Positions 37,688 through 47,010 of a stretch of DNA of 64,000 bases are shown here, one piece after another. The position numbers and the translations under genes are program-made. Location: assembly GCA_965243205.1 (NCBI GenBank), contig CBDEUK010000002.1:1536001-1600000 (forward strand), written 5' to 3'. How positions within the stretch are numbered: the first letter of the stretch is position 1; every line of letters begins with the position of its first letter. The stretch comes from Gammaproteobacteria bacterium. GTDB taxonomy: Bacteria; Pseudomonadota; Gammaproteobacteria; Eutrophobiales; Eutrophobiaceae. Under the pieces are notes generated by a model that saw nothing but the letters and a program-made list of their open reading frames with translations, made no database searches and had not been told where the DNA came from.

Positions 37688-39287
37688 TGGGCACCCCCAA
37701 AGCAATTCTTAATGTAAATTTAGCTTCTTTTTCTAGTTTTTCTACACTACCTTGCAAACTTGCTTCAGAACTAATATCCATAGGAAATTCTTCGACTGTA
37801 ACACTTTCAATATTTTCTTTACTTCTTAGTGCTTCGGCAAGATCATTCACCGTTTTAATCGCTGTTCTAAAGTCACCATTGAAATTGGCTATGCGGGCTT
37901 CAAAAGTCGCTATTTGATAGTAAAGATTACTGTTTTGGTTTTGTATATAATTCGCTACGGGTATAGTCGCATATAGATTTGTAACCGCTCGTGAATTTTG
38001 AAACTGATCATTTGGATCTAAGCTATGGTTCCATTGTAAATTTTCCAGAATAACTTGAGGATACATTTTTAAACTTGAACCAATAACTTTTAATATAGGT
38101 TCAGGATCCGTTTTAAATTTTTCTAAGTTACCCGCTATTTCAACCACTGTTTTTATATCGTTAGGTTCAATGGGCGTTTTAGGAAGACCTTCTCGTGCAA
38201 TATTAAATCGCTCTTGATAAAACTCCGTTTTCTTTATTGCTGACATGCTATCCTGCTTATAACTCACTGCGTTCATCAAAAACCAACCACTCAAAATTGT
38301 ACTGCTTAATAATAACAATGCACTTGCAGCATACATGCCCACACGCATTTTGCGCATAGTGGAGTAGCGAACCTCATTGGGATTAGCATAGGCATTTTTG
38401 GCACCTTTTTTAAATAAATGATAAGCAAATAACTTATCACTAAATGGTGTTTTTAAAGAAAAATCCGTATTAGCGATTTTCGCCATATAATTTAAATCGA
38501 TCAATTTATAAGAGATAGATTCGGTATCTTGTAGTTTCTCTTTTAATTCTTTAAGCAATTCACCTTCAGTTAAAAAATAGACGTTTAATTGTTCATCATT
38601 GCTCACTAAACGCATACTGTTTAAATAGCGGTAAATTTTTTCTATTTCTGAAGAAATGATTGGACCATAAGGTGTTGTGCCGTAACGTGGCATTTTTACC
38701 ATACGGCTTATTTTTAAGTCTTCACCTTGAAAAAAAGACTGTCTTAAGCCACTGACGCTCTGCATAGTGACTAATAAGGTTTTTTCTTGTCGGTTAGGTA
38801 AAAATTCAAGAATGTTCTTACTGAATAAAGCAACTGATGTAACAGAGACAACTGGGTATTTATATTTTTCTAACAACTGTAACCAAGGTTTAACATACGA
38901 TGTCTCACCAATTGAAGACAGTAAGACATTATCATCGCGTCTTCCTTCAGCTTCTCGGTTTTGAGTTTCGTCATAAACATAATCAGCACCACGAAACAAT
39001 CGTTCTTTTTTCCGATCTAATACAGCTTTACGATCACTACCATAAACATGAGGAATAGTGTCTAAACGAAATTCTTCTTCAGCAACGTCAACTAACACAT
39101 AAGTCGTTTCAGGGTCTGATTCAGATAGATAACGTTCAAATTGAATTCGACCATTCTCCTTAGTATCAAATAAATATGAATTGATAATTTCTCCTCGATA
39201 CCATTGATAGGCAACCATCTTCTCAGCGCCTAATAAGATTACTCGTCTAGGAAAAATATCAATAGTCGATTTTAGTAATGAGATCAT
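37680..39287 (-). CDS. GspL/PilM-PilN-like fused alignment protein
   Basis: Cytoplasmic N-domain (VLVDVAEEEFR, GLRQSFF), a single TM at about aa 320-340 and a periplasmic PilN-like end. Confidence 0.65.
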   Translation of the reverse strand: MISLLKSTIDIFPRRVILLGAEKMVAYQWYRGEIINSYLFDTKENGRIQFERYLSESDPETTYVLVDVAEEEFRLDTIPHVYGSDRKAVLDRKKERLFRGADYVYDETQNREAEGRRDDNVLLSSIGETSYVKPWLQLLEKYKYPVVSVTSVALFSKNILEFLPNRQEKTLLVTMQSVSGLRQSFFQGEDLKISRMVKMPRYGTTPYGPIISSEIEKIYRYLNSMRLVSNDEQLNVYFLTEGELLKELKEKLQDTESISYKLIDLNYMAKIANTDFSLKTPFSDKLFAYHLFKKGAKNAYANPNEVRYSTMRKMRVGMYAASALLLLSSTILSGWFLMNAVSYKQDSMSAIKKTEFYQERFNIAREGLPKTPIEPNDIKTVVEIAGNLEKFKTDPEPILKVIGSSLKMYPQVILENLQWNHSLDPNDQFQNSRAVTNLYATIPVANYIQNQNSNLYYQIATFEARIANFNGDFRTAIKTVNDLAEALRSKENIESVTVEEFPMDISSEASLQGSVEKLEKEAKFTLRIALGVPNE

Positions 39288-40464
39288 AAATAGGTCCTAA
39301 AACTGACAACATTATCCAACCAACAATTAACCCTAAAAATAGAGTCATCATCGGTTGCACCATCGATTGTAAACGTTCGATTGCTTCGCGCACATCGCGA
39401 GAATAAAAATACCCAACATTATGTAATGATTCTTCGAGTGCCCCGGTATTTTCTCCTACTCGTATCATTCTAAGTACTAATGGTGGAAAGAGATTTGTAG
39501 ACTCAAAAGCATTGCTCAATGTAGCACCATCGGCTATTTGTTGTCCGACTTCACGCATCGCTTTTGAAACGACTTTATTACCAGCAATCTCTTCACCAGT
39601 CCGAATACATTCAATAATGGTAATACCAGATGCATACATAATGGCAAAAAAACTCGTCAATCGAGTTAAAATAAGTTTTTTAAAAATCGGGCCAATGATT
39701 GGCAGCTTCAATTGAATGGCATCAACCGTCTCTTGGAAATCATCATTAGTTTTATAACTAACAATAGCAATAGCAATTAAAATAACAGGTAAAAAAACAA
39801 CTACATACCAATAATCCACAAAGAAATTAGACACTGCTATTAATACTTTAGTATGTGTAGGTACCTCTTGTCCCATAGTTTTTACAAACAGTAGTAATTC
39901 GGGTACAACAAAAATCATCAAGAATGTTATTGCAGCAAACACAAGCGTGCCAACAATAATTGGATATATAAATAGTTTCTTAGTGTGAGCCATTTGCTCA
40001 TCTTGCCACTTTAAGTTTTCACCCAACTTTTCAAAGATGGTTGATAGATCACCTGTCTGTTCACCTGCTTTCACTAAGTTTGTGAATACATTACTAAACA
40101 CTGCGGGAAACTGTTGCATGGCTTCAGATAATGTTTGACCACCTTCGACCAATTCGATCATCGCAGTAAGTACTTCTTGTAAACGTGGGTTATCAGTACT
40201 GTCACGTAAATCTTGCAAACTATCGAGAATAGGCACGCCTGCCCGTGAGGTTTGTTCTAAATGAAAACACAACGTAATTAAGTCACGACGATTAACACCT
40301 TTACCAGTTAAGCTAGAACCTCTGGTATCAATCTCTTTATAGTTGATGAGATCCAGTCCCATCTTTTTCAAACGCATTTCTAAATCAGCAACATTAACTG
40401 CGTCAGCGTTTCCATTATGAATGGAGCCAGATTTATCAATTGCTTTGTATTCGTAGAAAAACAT
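39259..40464 (-). CDS. platform protein GspF/PilC/MshG family
   Basis: Motifs YEYKAIDKSG, AGVPILDSL, AGEQTG, YPIIV and RMIRVGENTG. Confidence 0.95.
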   Translation of the reverse strand: MFFYEYKAIDKSGSIHNGNADAVNVADLEMRLKKMGLDLINYKEIDTRGSSLTGKGVNRRDLITLCFHLEQTSRAGVPILDSLQDLRDSTDNPRLQEVLTAMIELVEGGQTLSEAMQQFPAVFSNVFTNLVKAGEQTGDLSTIFEKLGENLKWQDEQMAHTKKLFIYPIIVGTLVFAAITFLMIFVVPELLLFVKTMGQEVPTHTKVLIAVSNFFVDYWYVVVFLPVILIAIAIVSYKTNDDFQETVDAIQLKLPIIGPIFKKLILTRLTSFFAIMYASGITIIECIRTGEEIAGNKVVSKAMREVGQQIADGATLSNAFESTNLFPPLVLRMIRVGENTGALEESLHNVGYFYSRDVREAIERLQSMVQPMMTLFLGLIVGWIMLSVLGPIYDLITKIDY

Positions 40465-40466
40465 TT

Positions 40467-42197
40467 CTATTTCTGAACTATACGTTTGGTTAAATCGACG
40501 ACTCTTGATACTTCATCAATACTGGTTGTGCCATCTAAAACTCTATCCGATCCTACGTCGGCTAATGTTTTAAACCCTTTGGAAATCGCCATACGTAAAA
40601 TTTCACCTTGAGTTCCACCACGGGCAATTAAGTCATCTATATCATCATCGAGTCTCAAAATTTCTAAGATTGCTACTCGACCTTTATAACCTGTGTTATC
40701 ACATTTATCACAACCTTTAGCCTTATAGACTTGTTTATCTTTATCACCAGAACGCAGTCCAAGTAAGTTACGTTCTATATCAGTAATCACATAAGGTTCT
40801 TTACAATGCTCACAAAGCTTTCGTACTAAACGTTGAGCTAAGATACCAATAATATTTCCGGATAAGATATCGGGTTTAATGCCAATATCTAATAGTCTAG
40901 GCATGGCACCAACGGCCGAATTGGTATGCAATGTTGAAAATACTTGGTGACCAGTCATAGCAGCACGAAATGCCATGTTTGCTGTATCTTCATCACGAAT
41001 CTCACCGACAAGAATAATATCAGGGTCTTGACGCATGATAGAACGGATACCATTAGCAAAATCCAAACGTCCAGATTCTTGCACTGAGCTTTGACGAATC
41101 ATTGTTGTTGGGTATTCAACAGGATCTTCCAACGTCATGATGTTAACTTGTTCAGTATTTAAATAATTTAACACCGAGTAAAGCGTGGTGGTTTTACCAC
41201 TACCCGTTGGACCCGTAACTAAAATAATACCTTGAGGTCTTGCCACCATCACTTTTAAAGCATTAGATGCTTCATCATTCAACCCAAGTTTCTCTAAAGA
41301 AACGATACCTTTTTGTCTGTCAAGTACACGTAGAACGATGTTCTCTCCATGTACCGTCGGTAAAGTTGAAACACGAAAATCAACTTGGCGACCTGAAAGC
41401 GATAAAGAAATTCGACCATCTTGTGGTGCGCGAATTTCGGCTATATCAAGATTAGCCATAACCTTTAAACGTACAGCAATGGCCGACCAATAATTTTTAT
41501 GTAAGCTTCGAATTTGACGTAATACGCCATCAATACGATAACGAAACCGTAAGAAACCTTCTTCTGGTTCAAAGTGAATATCCGATGCACCGCGCTTTAC
41601 TGCATCTGATAGCAATGAATTCACTAATCTAACAACAGGCTGGCTGTATTCTTCTGTATCCGCATCAAGACTTTGATAATCAATTTCACCGGATTCAATC
41701 TCTCGTAAAATACCATCAACGGAAAGTTCGAAACCATAAAACTGATCCAATGCCTTTTCGATCTCAGCTTCACCTGCAAGCACTGGAACAACGTCAGTCG
41801 ATCGACCAACGACAGCATCTAATTGATCTAATGCTACAACGTTATAGACATCTGCCATTGCAACCGTTAGGCGATTATTAACGGCATCGAACGTTAAAGG
41901 TAACGCTCTTAACCTTCTTGCTAAATCTTTAGGTACCATTGCGATCGCTTCAGGATCGGCAACGGAACGACTGAGATCAACAGTATCACGACCGATAACA
42001 CCACCAAGAATATCATTGATAATGGCTTCGGTTGCGAAACCTAATTTAACTAAGATACGGCCAAGATGTTCTTTACTTTTTCGTTGCTCGGTTAAGGCAA
42101 TTTCGATTTGATCGCTGGTTGCAACACCACGGCGAATAAGCATTTCGCCCAGTCGTAAACTCTTTTTAGGCATCTTAGTCATTAAACTTTCCATCAA
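40467..42197 (-). CDS. assembly ATPase GspE/PilB/MshE family with MshEN domain
   Basis: MshEN RLGEMLIRRG...ALTEQ; ASDIHFEP; Walker A GPTGSGKT; LEDPVE; Zn motifs CEHC and CDKC. Confidence 0.96.
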   Translation of the reverse strand: MMESLMTKMPKKSLRLGEMLIRRGVATSDQIEIALTEQRKSKEHLGRILVKLGFATEAIINDILGGVIGRDTVDLSRSVADPEAIAMVPKDLARRLRALPLTFDAVNNRLTVAMADVYNVVALDQLDAVVGRSTDVVPVLAGEAEIEKALDQFYGFELSVDGILREIESGEIDYQSLDADTEEYSQPVVRLVNSLLSDAVKRGASDIHFEPEEGFLRFRYRIDGVLRQIRSLHKNYWSAIAVRLKVMANLDIAEIRAPQDGRISLSLSGRQVDFRVSTLPTVHGENIVLRVLDRQKGIVSLEKLGLNDEASNALKVMVARPQGIILVTGPTGSGKTTTLYSVLNYLNTEQVNIMTLEDPVEYPTTMIRQSSVQESGRLDFANGIRSIMRQDPDIILVGEIRDEDTANMAFRAAMTGHQVFSTLHTNSAVGAMPRLLDIGIKPDILSGNIIGILAQRLVRKLCEHCKEPYVITDIERNLLGLRSGDKDKQVYKAKGCDKCDNTGYKGRVAILEILRLDDDIDDLIARGGTQGEILRMAISKGFKTLADVGSDRVLDGTTSIDEVSRVVDLTKRIVQK

Positions 42198-44092
42198 TTG
42201 ACACTAAGTGCGTCAATTCTTGCCAAGATGTTAGAGGCACTAAAACTTGAAGGTTTATTTTTAGAAAGATTTAAAGCTGCTCGATAATACTCTATGGCCG
42301 CTTTAGATTGCCCCATGTGATCCAAACTAATCGCCAAATTCAAAGCATAATCAGCATTACCTGGTTGGCGACTGTATGCATCGAAAAAAGCCTGTTGAGC
42401 TTCTGGCCATCGTTGTTGTTTAGAATAAAGGTTTCCAAGAGAAAAGTGTAAACTTGGATTCTCAGGGTTTTGTTGAATTAAATCTTTAACCGTTGATTCG
42501 CTAGTAACGTTACCAACTTGATTTTGTAAATTCAAAATCGAAACTTTCGCTACTGAGTCTTTAGGATTTAATTTTAATAATTTTCGATAAATTTGATATG
42601 CACTTTGAGTATTACCTTTTTTTAATTCAATGGCTGCCATGCCTAGTAATGCATCACGATTATCAGGTGTTTCTTTTAATGAAATCCTATATAACGAAGA
42701 AGCGACATCATAATTACCCTCTTGGAACGCATTAAAAGCACGTTTGTTGGTATCTAATTCAGGCCGTGGTTTTTTCTTCTTACTAATTTTAATCATTGAA
42801 GGCGAAACAGGAGCAGCAACAGGTGAGAAAACCACTTCTTCTTTTACGATTTCTTTTGTTATTGGTTTTCCATCAATAGACGGTGTTATAGATTCTGTTG
42901 GAGTATCTAAATTTGCAACGGATGTTGCTGCGGTTTCTATTGGCTCTTCAGAACTATCGCTTGAAGTCGTTATTTCCACTGTCTCAACAGGTTGTTCAAC
43001 TACTTCATTTGAAGTCACTGGTAACTCAGTAGTTGATTTATCTTCATCATGAGAAATATATTGAGTTTCAATTTCCTCGGTTTCAGGCACATTCACACTT
43101 GTCACGGCTGCCTGATTAGGCGTTACTAATTCATCTAGACTTTTAATTAAAGGTTCTTGTTTAGCTTCAACGCCCTTCGCAACAGACGGTGACAATACTT
43201 TTGGAACATCTGGGGTAATCTTGTATTGAATAAATAAACCGGCTGCTACCAATAGCAATAAACCTAAGGCAGCACTTAAACCGATCATGAAACGATTGCC
43301 CCAGTTTTCAGATTTTGATGCTGCAAAAACAGTACTTGCTACAACTGGTGTAGGTTGCCCTTCATGTTGGCCAATATCACGCAACATTTGTGTAACCGAT
43401 CCACTATCAAGTGCCTCTAACTCCAGTGAAGGATCGGTTAACTGGCCTAAATTCGTTCGATAGTTCTGTTGCTCTTGAGAATCACTAACTTGCTTTTCAA
43501 TCGTAGGTTCAGAAATCTCTTCTTCGTTTTCATTTTGGTTTTCTAACGTTTCTAATTTTAGTCCAAGAGTTTCATCATCGAGATTATCTTCAGCGATATC
43601 CATTCTTAATTCATCGGTGACATCTGAAAAATCATCACGACTAAACTCAGATGTTTCCATTGTTCTCTCGATGATTGTTTCATCGGTCATATCGGAAATT
43701 AGCTGAGTATCTTCAAGGTCTAGATCAATATCATCTAATTCTTTTTCGCCTAATGTTAAAATCGTATCGTCGTCAACATCTCCAAGGTTTTGGTCATCCA
43801 TAACGACTGTGTTTTCTTGTTCTATCTGAGTTGTTGAAAAAGTCGGTTCGTCATCAGCAAGAGTGAAGTCTTCATCTTTGTCTTGCAATTCCATTGAAAG
43901 AGAAACTTCCTGAGTAAGTTCTTCAGAACCATCTACTTCATTTGTCATTGTCGTACTCAAAACTTGAGTATCATCTTCGACTATAGAATGCTCACCAGTG
44001 GAAAGGATCGGATGCTGGCCAGTTTGCCGACGTTTTGCAGCTTCCTTCTTTTCCTTTTCCGCCTTTTTCAAGGCATCCATCAACAGACTCAC
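42194..44092 (-). CDS. GspB/MshN-like protein: N-terminal MSLLMDALKKAE motif, acidic linker, TM, C-terminal TPRs
   Basis: ExeB-type N-terminus, long D/E-rich region, TM at about aa 270-290, TPR repeats (LHFSLGNLYS...YALNLAISLD). Confidence 0.75.
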   Translation of the reverse strand: MSLLMDALKKAEKEKKEAAKRRQTGQHPILSTGEHSIVEDDTQVLSTTMTNEVDGSEELTQEVSLSMELQDKDEDFTLADDEPTFSTTQIEQENTVVMDDQNLGDVDDDTILTLGEKELDDIDLDLEDTQLISDMTDETIIERTMETSEFSRDDFSDVTDELRMDIAEDNLDDETLGLKLETLENQNENEEEISEPTIEKQVSDSQEQQNYRTNLGQLTDPSLELEALDSGSVTQMLRDIGQHEGQPTPVVASTVFAASKSENWGNRFMIGLSAALGLLLLVAAGLFIQYKITPDVPKVLSPSVAKGVEAKQEPLIKSLDELVTPNQAAVTSVNVPETEEIETQYISHDEDKSTTELPVTSNEVVEQPVETVEITTSSDSSEEPIETAATSVANLDTPTESITPSIDGKPITKEIVKEEVVFSPVAAPVSPSMIKISKKKKPRPELDTNKRAFNAFQEGNYDVASSLYRISLKETPDNRDALLGMAAIELKKGNTQSAYQIYRKLLKLNPKDSVAKVSILNLQNQVGNVTSESTVKDLIQQNPENPSLHFSLGNLYSKQQRWPEAQQAFFDAYSRQPGNADYALNLAISLDHMGQSKAAIEYYRAALNLSKNKPSSFSASNILARIDALSVN

Positions 44093-45819
44093 TATCTAGC
44101 CCCTACAGTTCCAGATAGTGCATTATTAGATTGAAGAAAAGGTTTGTATAAATCTAAATCCCCATCAACACTTGGGTCTTTAATAACGATAGGACGAAGG
44201 AATATCACTAATTCTGTTTTTTGGGTTTCAATTCTTTTGGAGCTAAACGCTCTACCTACACCAGGAATATCTTTTAAACCAGGAATACCTCGATCTAAGT
44301 CACTCGTCTCATCGCTCATCAAGCCACCCAGAACTGCTATTTCCCCATCATTCATTCTTAACATTGACTCCATCTCACGAACAGCAATGACCGGAACATT
44401 ATTTGGAATATTTGCCGGTAACTGAGGTTGGGGATCTCGCACATCTGCTATTCGCCTTGAAATCGTTGGACGAACATTCAAGATGATGTCATCGTTTTCA
44501 CTTATATATGGGGTCATACTCATTACAAGCCCTACAGGAACAGTCTTAGCAGTTGTGTCAATTGCAGGTTGACCAACACCAGCAAGAGTTGCTACACCTG
44601 GCTCAGCATCAATTTCAAAATAAACTAAATTTTCAACCACTTTAAGTACTGCGGTTTGATTATTTAGCACCATCATTTGCGGGCTAGATAAGACTTTAGT
44701 ATCACCAAACTCATCCAATAAATTAACCGTTGCAGTTAAAGCATCGCCTTCACCACCAATATCCGTATCTTGATATCTTAAAAATCCGCCAGTTTGTTCA
44801 TTGCTACCTGTTGGAGTGGTAGATACTAAACCAATAGCAGCAGAACCTATGGCAGAAGCTGCTGAGATACCTGTAGTCAAACCAGCTGTGCTGAATGAAA
44901 GGCCCGCTAAATTATTGATAAAAGACCAATCGATACCTGCCTGATAATTATCATTTAATGTAACTTCAACAATAGTCGCTTGAACCAATACTTGTCTATT
45001 CGCACTATTCATCACCTGGTCGATAAAACCTTGAACCAGCTTATGTTGTTTACTAGTAGCATTCACCGTTAAAACACCACTTTCAGGACTTGGAATCACA
45101 TTATTGGTAATGGTGATTTCACCCTCTTGACCACCTGAATTGTCTTCAACTTCTTCTCCGATGATTGCCTGAATATTTCGTACCAAATTTTCCCAAAAAT
45201 TGTTGAATGATTGGCTACGCACGTCAGTTGTAGAATTATTATTACCACCACCACCTGCACCACCTCCTGCAGAACCACCAGCAACATCACCAGTTCCTGT
45301 TGTTGCAATCTGAGTAGCAATCGTAATCTGGCTATCGGTTTCCCGTGCAATATTCACATAATCGATTTTATAAGATTTCAAATAAGCCTGATCCGCCGAT
45401 ACCAATAAATTGTTATTTTGATACTCATATCGAATATCAACTTGGCGTGATATGCGATCAAGGATTTGTGGCATAGTTTGCTCAACAGCATTAAGAGTCA
45501 CTGTGCCTTCTATTCCAGGTGCAATATCGACATTCACATCCGCATCTCGAGCTAGAGCGAATAAAAGTTCCCGAACAGGAACATCGTTAACTACGACAGT
45601 GTATTTTTCTAATTCAGGAGCGGTTTCTGAAGGTTCAGGCAAAATAGGTTCTTGCTGAACAACTTGAGGTATAGAAGCTGGATCAACAGGCATTTTTTTC
45701 GCTACCGACTGAGAATCCGTTGTGATATGGCCCGGAGAGTTGTCCATAGGCTTGGGTTCGATTTGGGCACAGGCAACGAGAAAACTAGATAAAACGCTGA
45801 ATATAATAATGTTTTTCAT
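44092..45819 (-). CDS. MshL-type lipoprotein secretin
   Basis: Lipobox LVAC; STN-like region (DVPVRELLFALARDA); RQVLVQATIVEV; VLSSP; KTELVIFLRP. ATG at 45819. Confidence 0.92.
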   Translation of the reverse strand: MKNIIIFSVLSSFLVACAQIEPKPMDNSPGHITTDSQSVAKKMPVDPASIPQVVQQEPILPEPSETAPELEKYTVVVNDVPVRELLFALARDADVNVDIAPGIEGTVTLNAVEQTMPQILDRISRQVDIRYEYQNNNLLVSADQAYLKSYKIDYVNIARETDSQITIATQIATTGTGDVAGGSAGGGAGGGGNNNSTTDVRSQSFNNFWENLVRNIQAIIGEEVEDNSGGQEGEITITNNVIPSPESGVLTVNATSKQHKLVQGFIDQVMNSANRQVLVQATIVEVTLNDNYQAGIDWSFINNLAGLSFSTAGLTTGISAASAIGSAAIGLVSTTPTGSNEQTGGFLRYQDTDIGGEGDALTATVNLLDEFGDTKVLSSPQMMVLNNQTAVLKVVENLVYFEIDAEPGVATLAGVGQPAIDTTAKTVPVGLVMSMTPYISENDDIILNVRPTISRRIADVRDPQPQLPANIPNNVPVIAVREMESMLRMNDGEIAVLGGLMSDETSDLDRGIPGLKDIPGVGRAFSSKRIETQKTELVIFLRPIVIKDPSVDGDLDLYKPFLQSNNALSGTVGAR

Positions 45820-46099
45820 AATATTAGCTTCACTTCGTGACAACGATTGAGTCCTTATAGATTATCTTTCACATTATAATAGCACGATAAATTCATGTGA
45901 ATTAAGGATTTTTTGCTTATTTTGCTTAACTTATGACCAGTCGACAAAATTCGATAATAGTAGCCTTATTCTCGAAAAAAATTCGCAGCAACAAGAATTC
46001 TATTCAGGATTTATTCCAAATAAAAAATTAATAAACCACAACGGCTGATATTGATTATAACTTCGCCTAAATGTTATTAAATTCTTATAAATTTGCAAA

Positions 46100-47008
46100 T
46101 TAAGAGACTATTTTATCGTATGGAAAAAACCATAAAATGATCAGTAAAAATAATAATAAAGTGCCAGCTATGAATAGCCATCGATATCGTCTCCATCCTG
46201 AGACAAATTCACTATCAGCAGCTGCAGCTCGAACATGTTTAGGCAAAACAGACATCGTATTATCAGCATATGCGGCCAACATAGCTTTATCAGATAAAAT
46301 ATTGATTCTACGCAATAGGCCTTTCGAATAGTGGCCAATTTCTTTTATCGCGCTTTTACTAAATACATCAGCACCTCGATAACCACATGCCCTTAAGCGA
46401 GAATTTATATATTCACGGATATCAGGTACTTCAAAAGGAGCCAAGTTAAAACTGTAGGTAATTCTTTCTTTCAACTGACGGATCTCAGGTTTTGAGATCA
46501 TCTCATCTAATTCTGGTTGACCAAATAAAACTATCTGTAGCAATTTGTGTTTATTGGTTTCTAAATTACTTAATAATCTAATTTCTTCTAACGTTTGAAT
46601 CGTCATGCTCTGAGCTTCTTCAACAAAAACCACAACCTGCTTATTTTCAGCATGTTTTTGTACTAGATAGTGTTGTAGTTCGTTCATAACCTTTAAACGG
46701 TTATCATCGGTTTCTACATCCAGTTGTAACTCAAACGCAACAGCATGAGGGATTTGTTCAGGACTGATACTAGGGTTTGCTAGATAAACAATTTCAACTG
46801 AATCATCTAAATCGTGCTCAAGCATGCGACTAAGCATGGTCTTACCTGTGCCTACCTCACCAACAACTTTGACAATACCTTCACCATTTACCACAGCATA
46901 AATCAATGCTTCTAAAATAGCGCCACGATTACCACCAGGAAAAAACAAGCTAGTATCTGGCGTTATCTTAAACGGAGGCTGATTCAATCCGAAATAATCA
47001 TAGTACAT
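46100..47008 (-). CDS. ExeA/MshM-family AAA ATPase
   Basis: Motifs YFGLNQPPFKITPD, GEVGTGKT, EEAQ, LEEIRLLSNLET and LFGQPEL; C-terminal TM. Confidence 0.93.
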   Translation of the reverse strand: MYYDYFGLNQPPFKITPDTSLFFPGGNRGAILEALIYAVVNGEGIVKVVGEVGTGKTMLSRMLEHDLDDSVEIVYLANPSISPEQIPHAVAFELQLDVETDDNRLKVMNELQHYLVQKHAENKQVVVFVEEAQSMTIQTLEEIRLLSNLETNKHKLLQIVLFGQPELDEMISKPEIRQLKERITYSFNLAPFEVPDIREYINSRLRACGYRGADVFSKSAIKEIGHYSKGLLRRINILSDKAMLAAYADNTMSVLPKHVRAAAADSEFVSGWRRYRWLFIAGTLLLFLLIILWFFPYDKIVS

Positions 47009-47010
47009 GT

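Noticed and set aside
45921-45940. Possible sigma54 promoter upstream of the secretin gene
   Set aside because: The GG and GC are 11 nt apart rather than the required 10.
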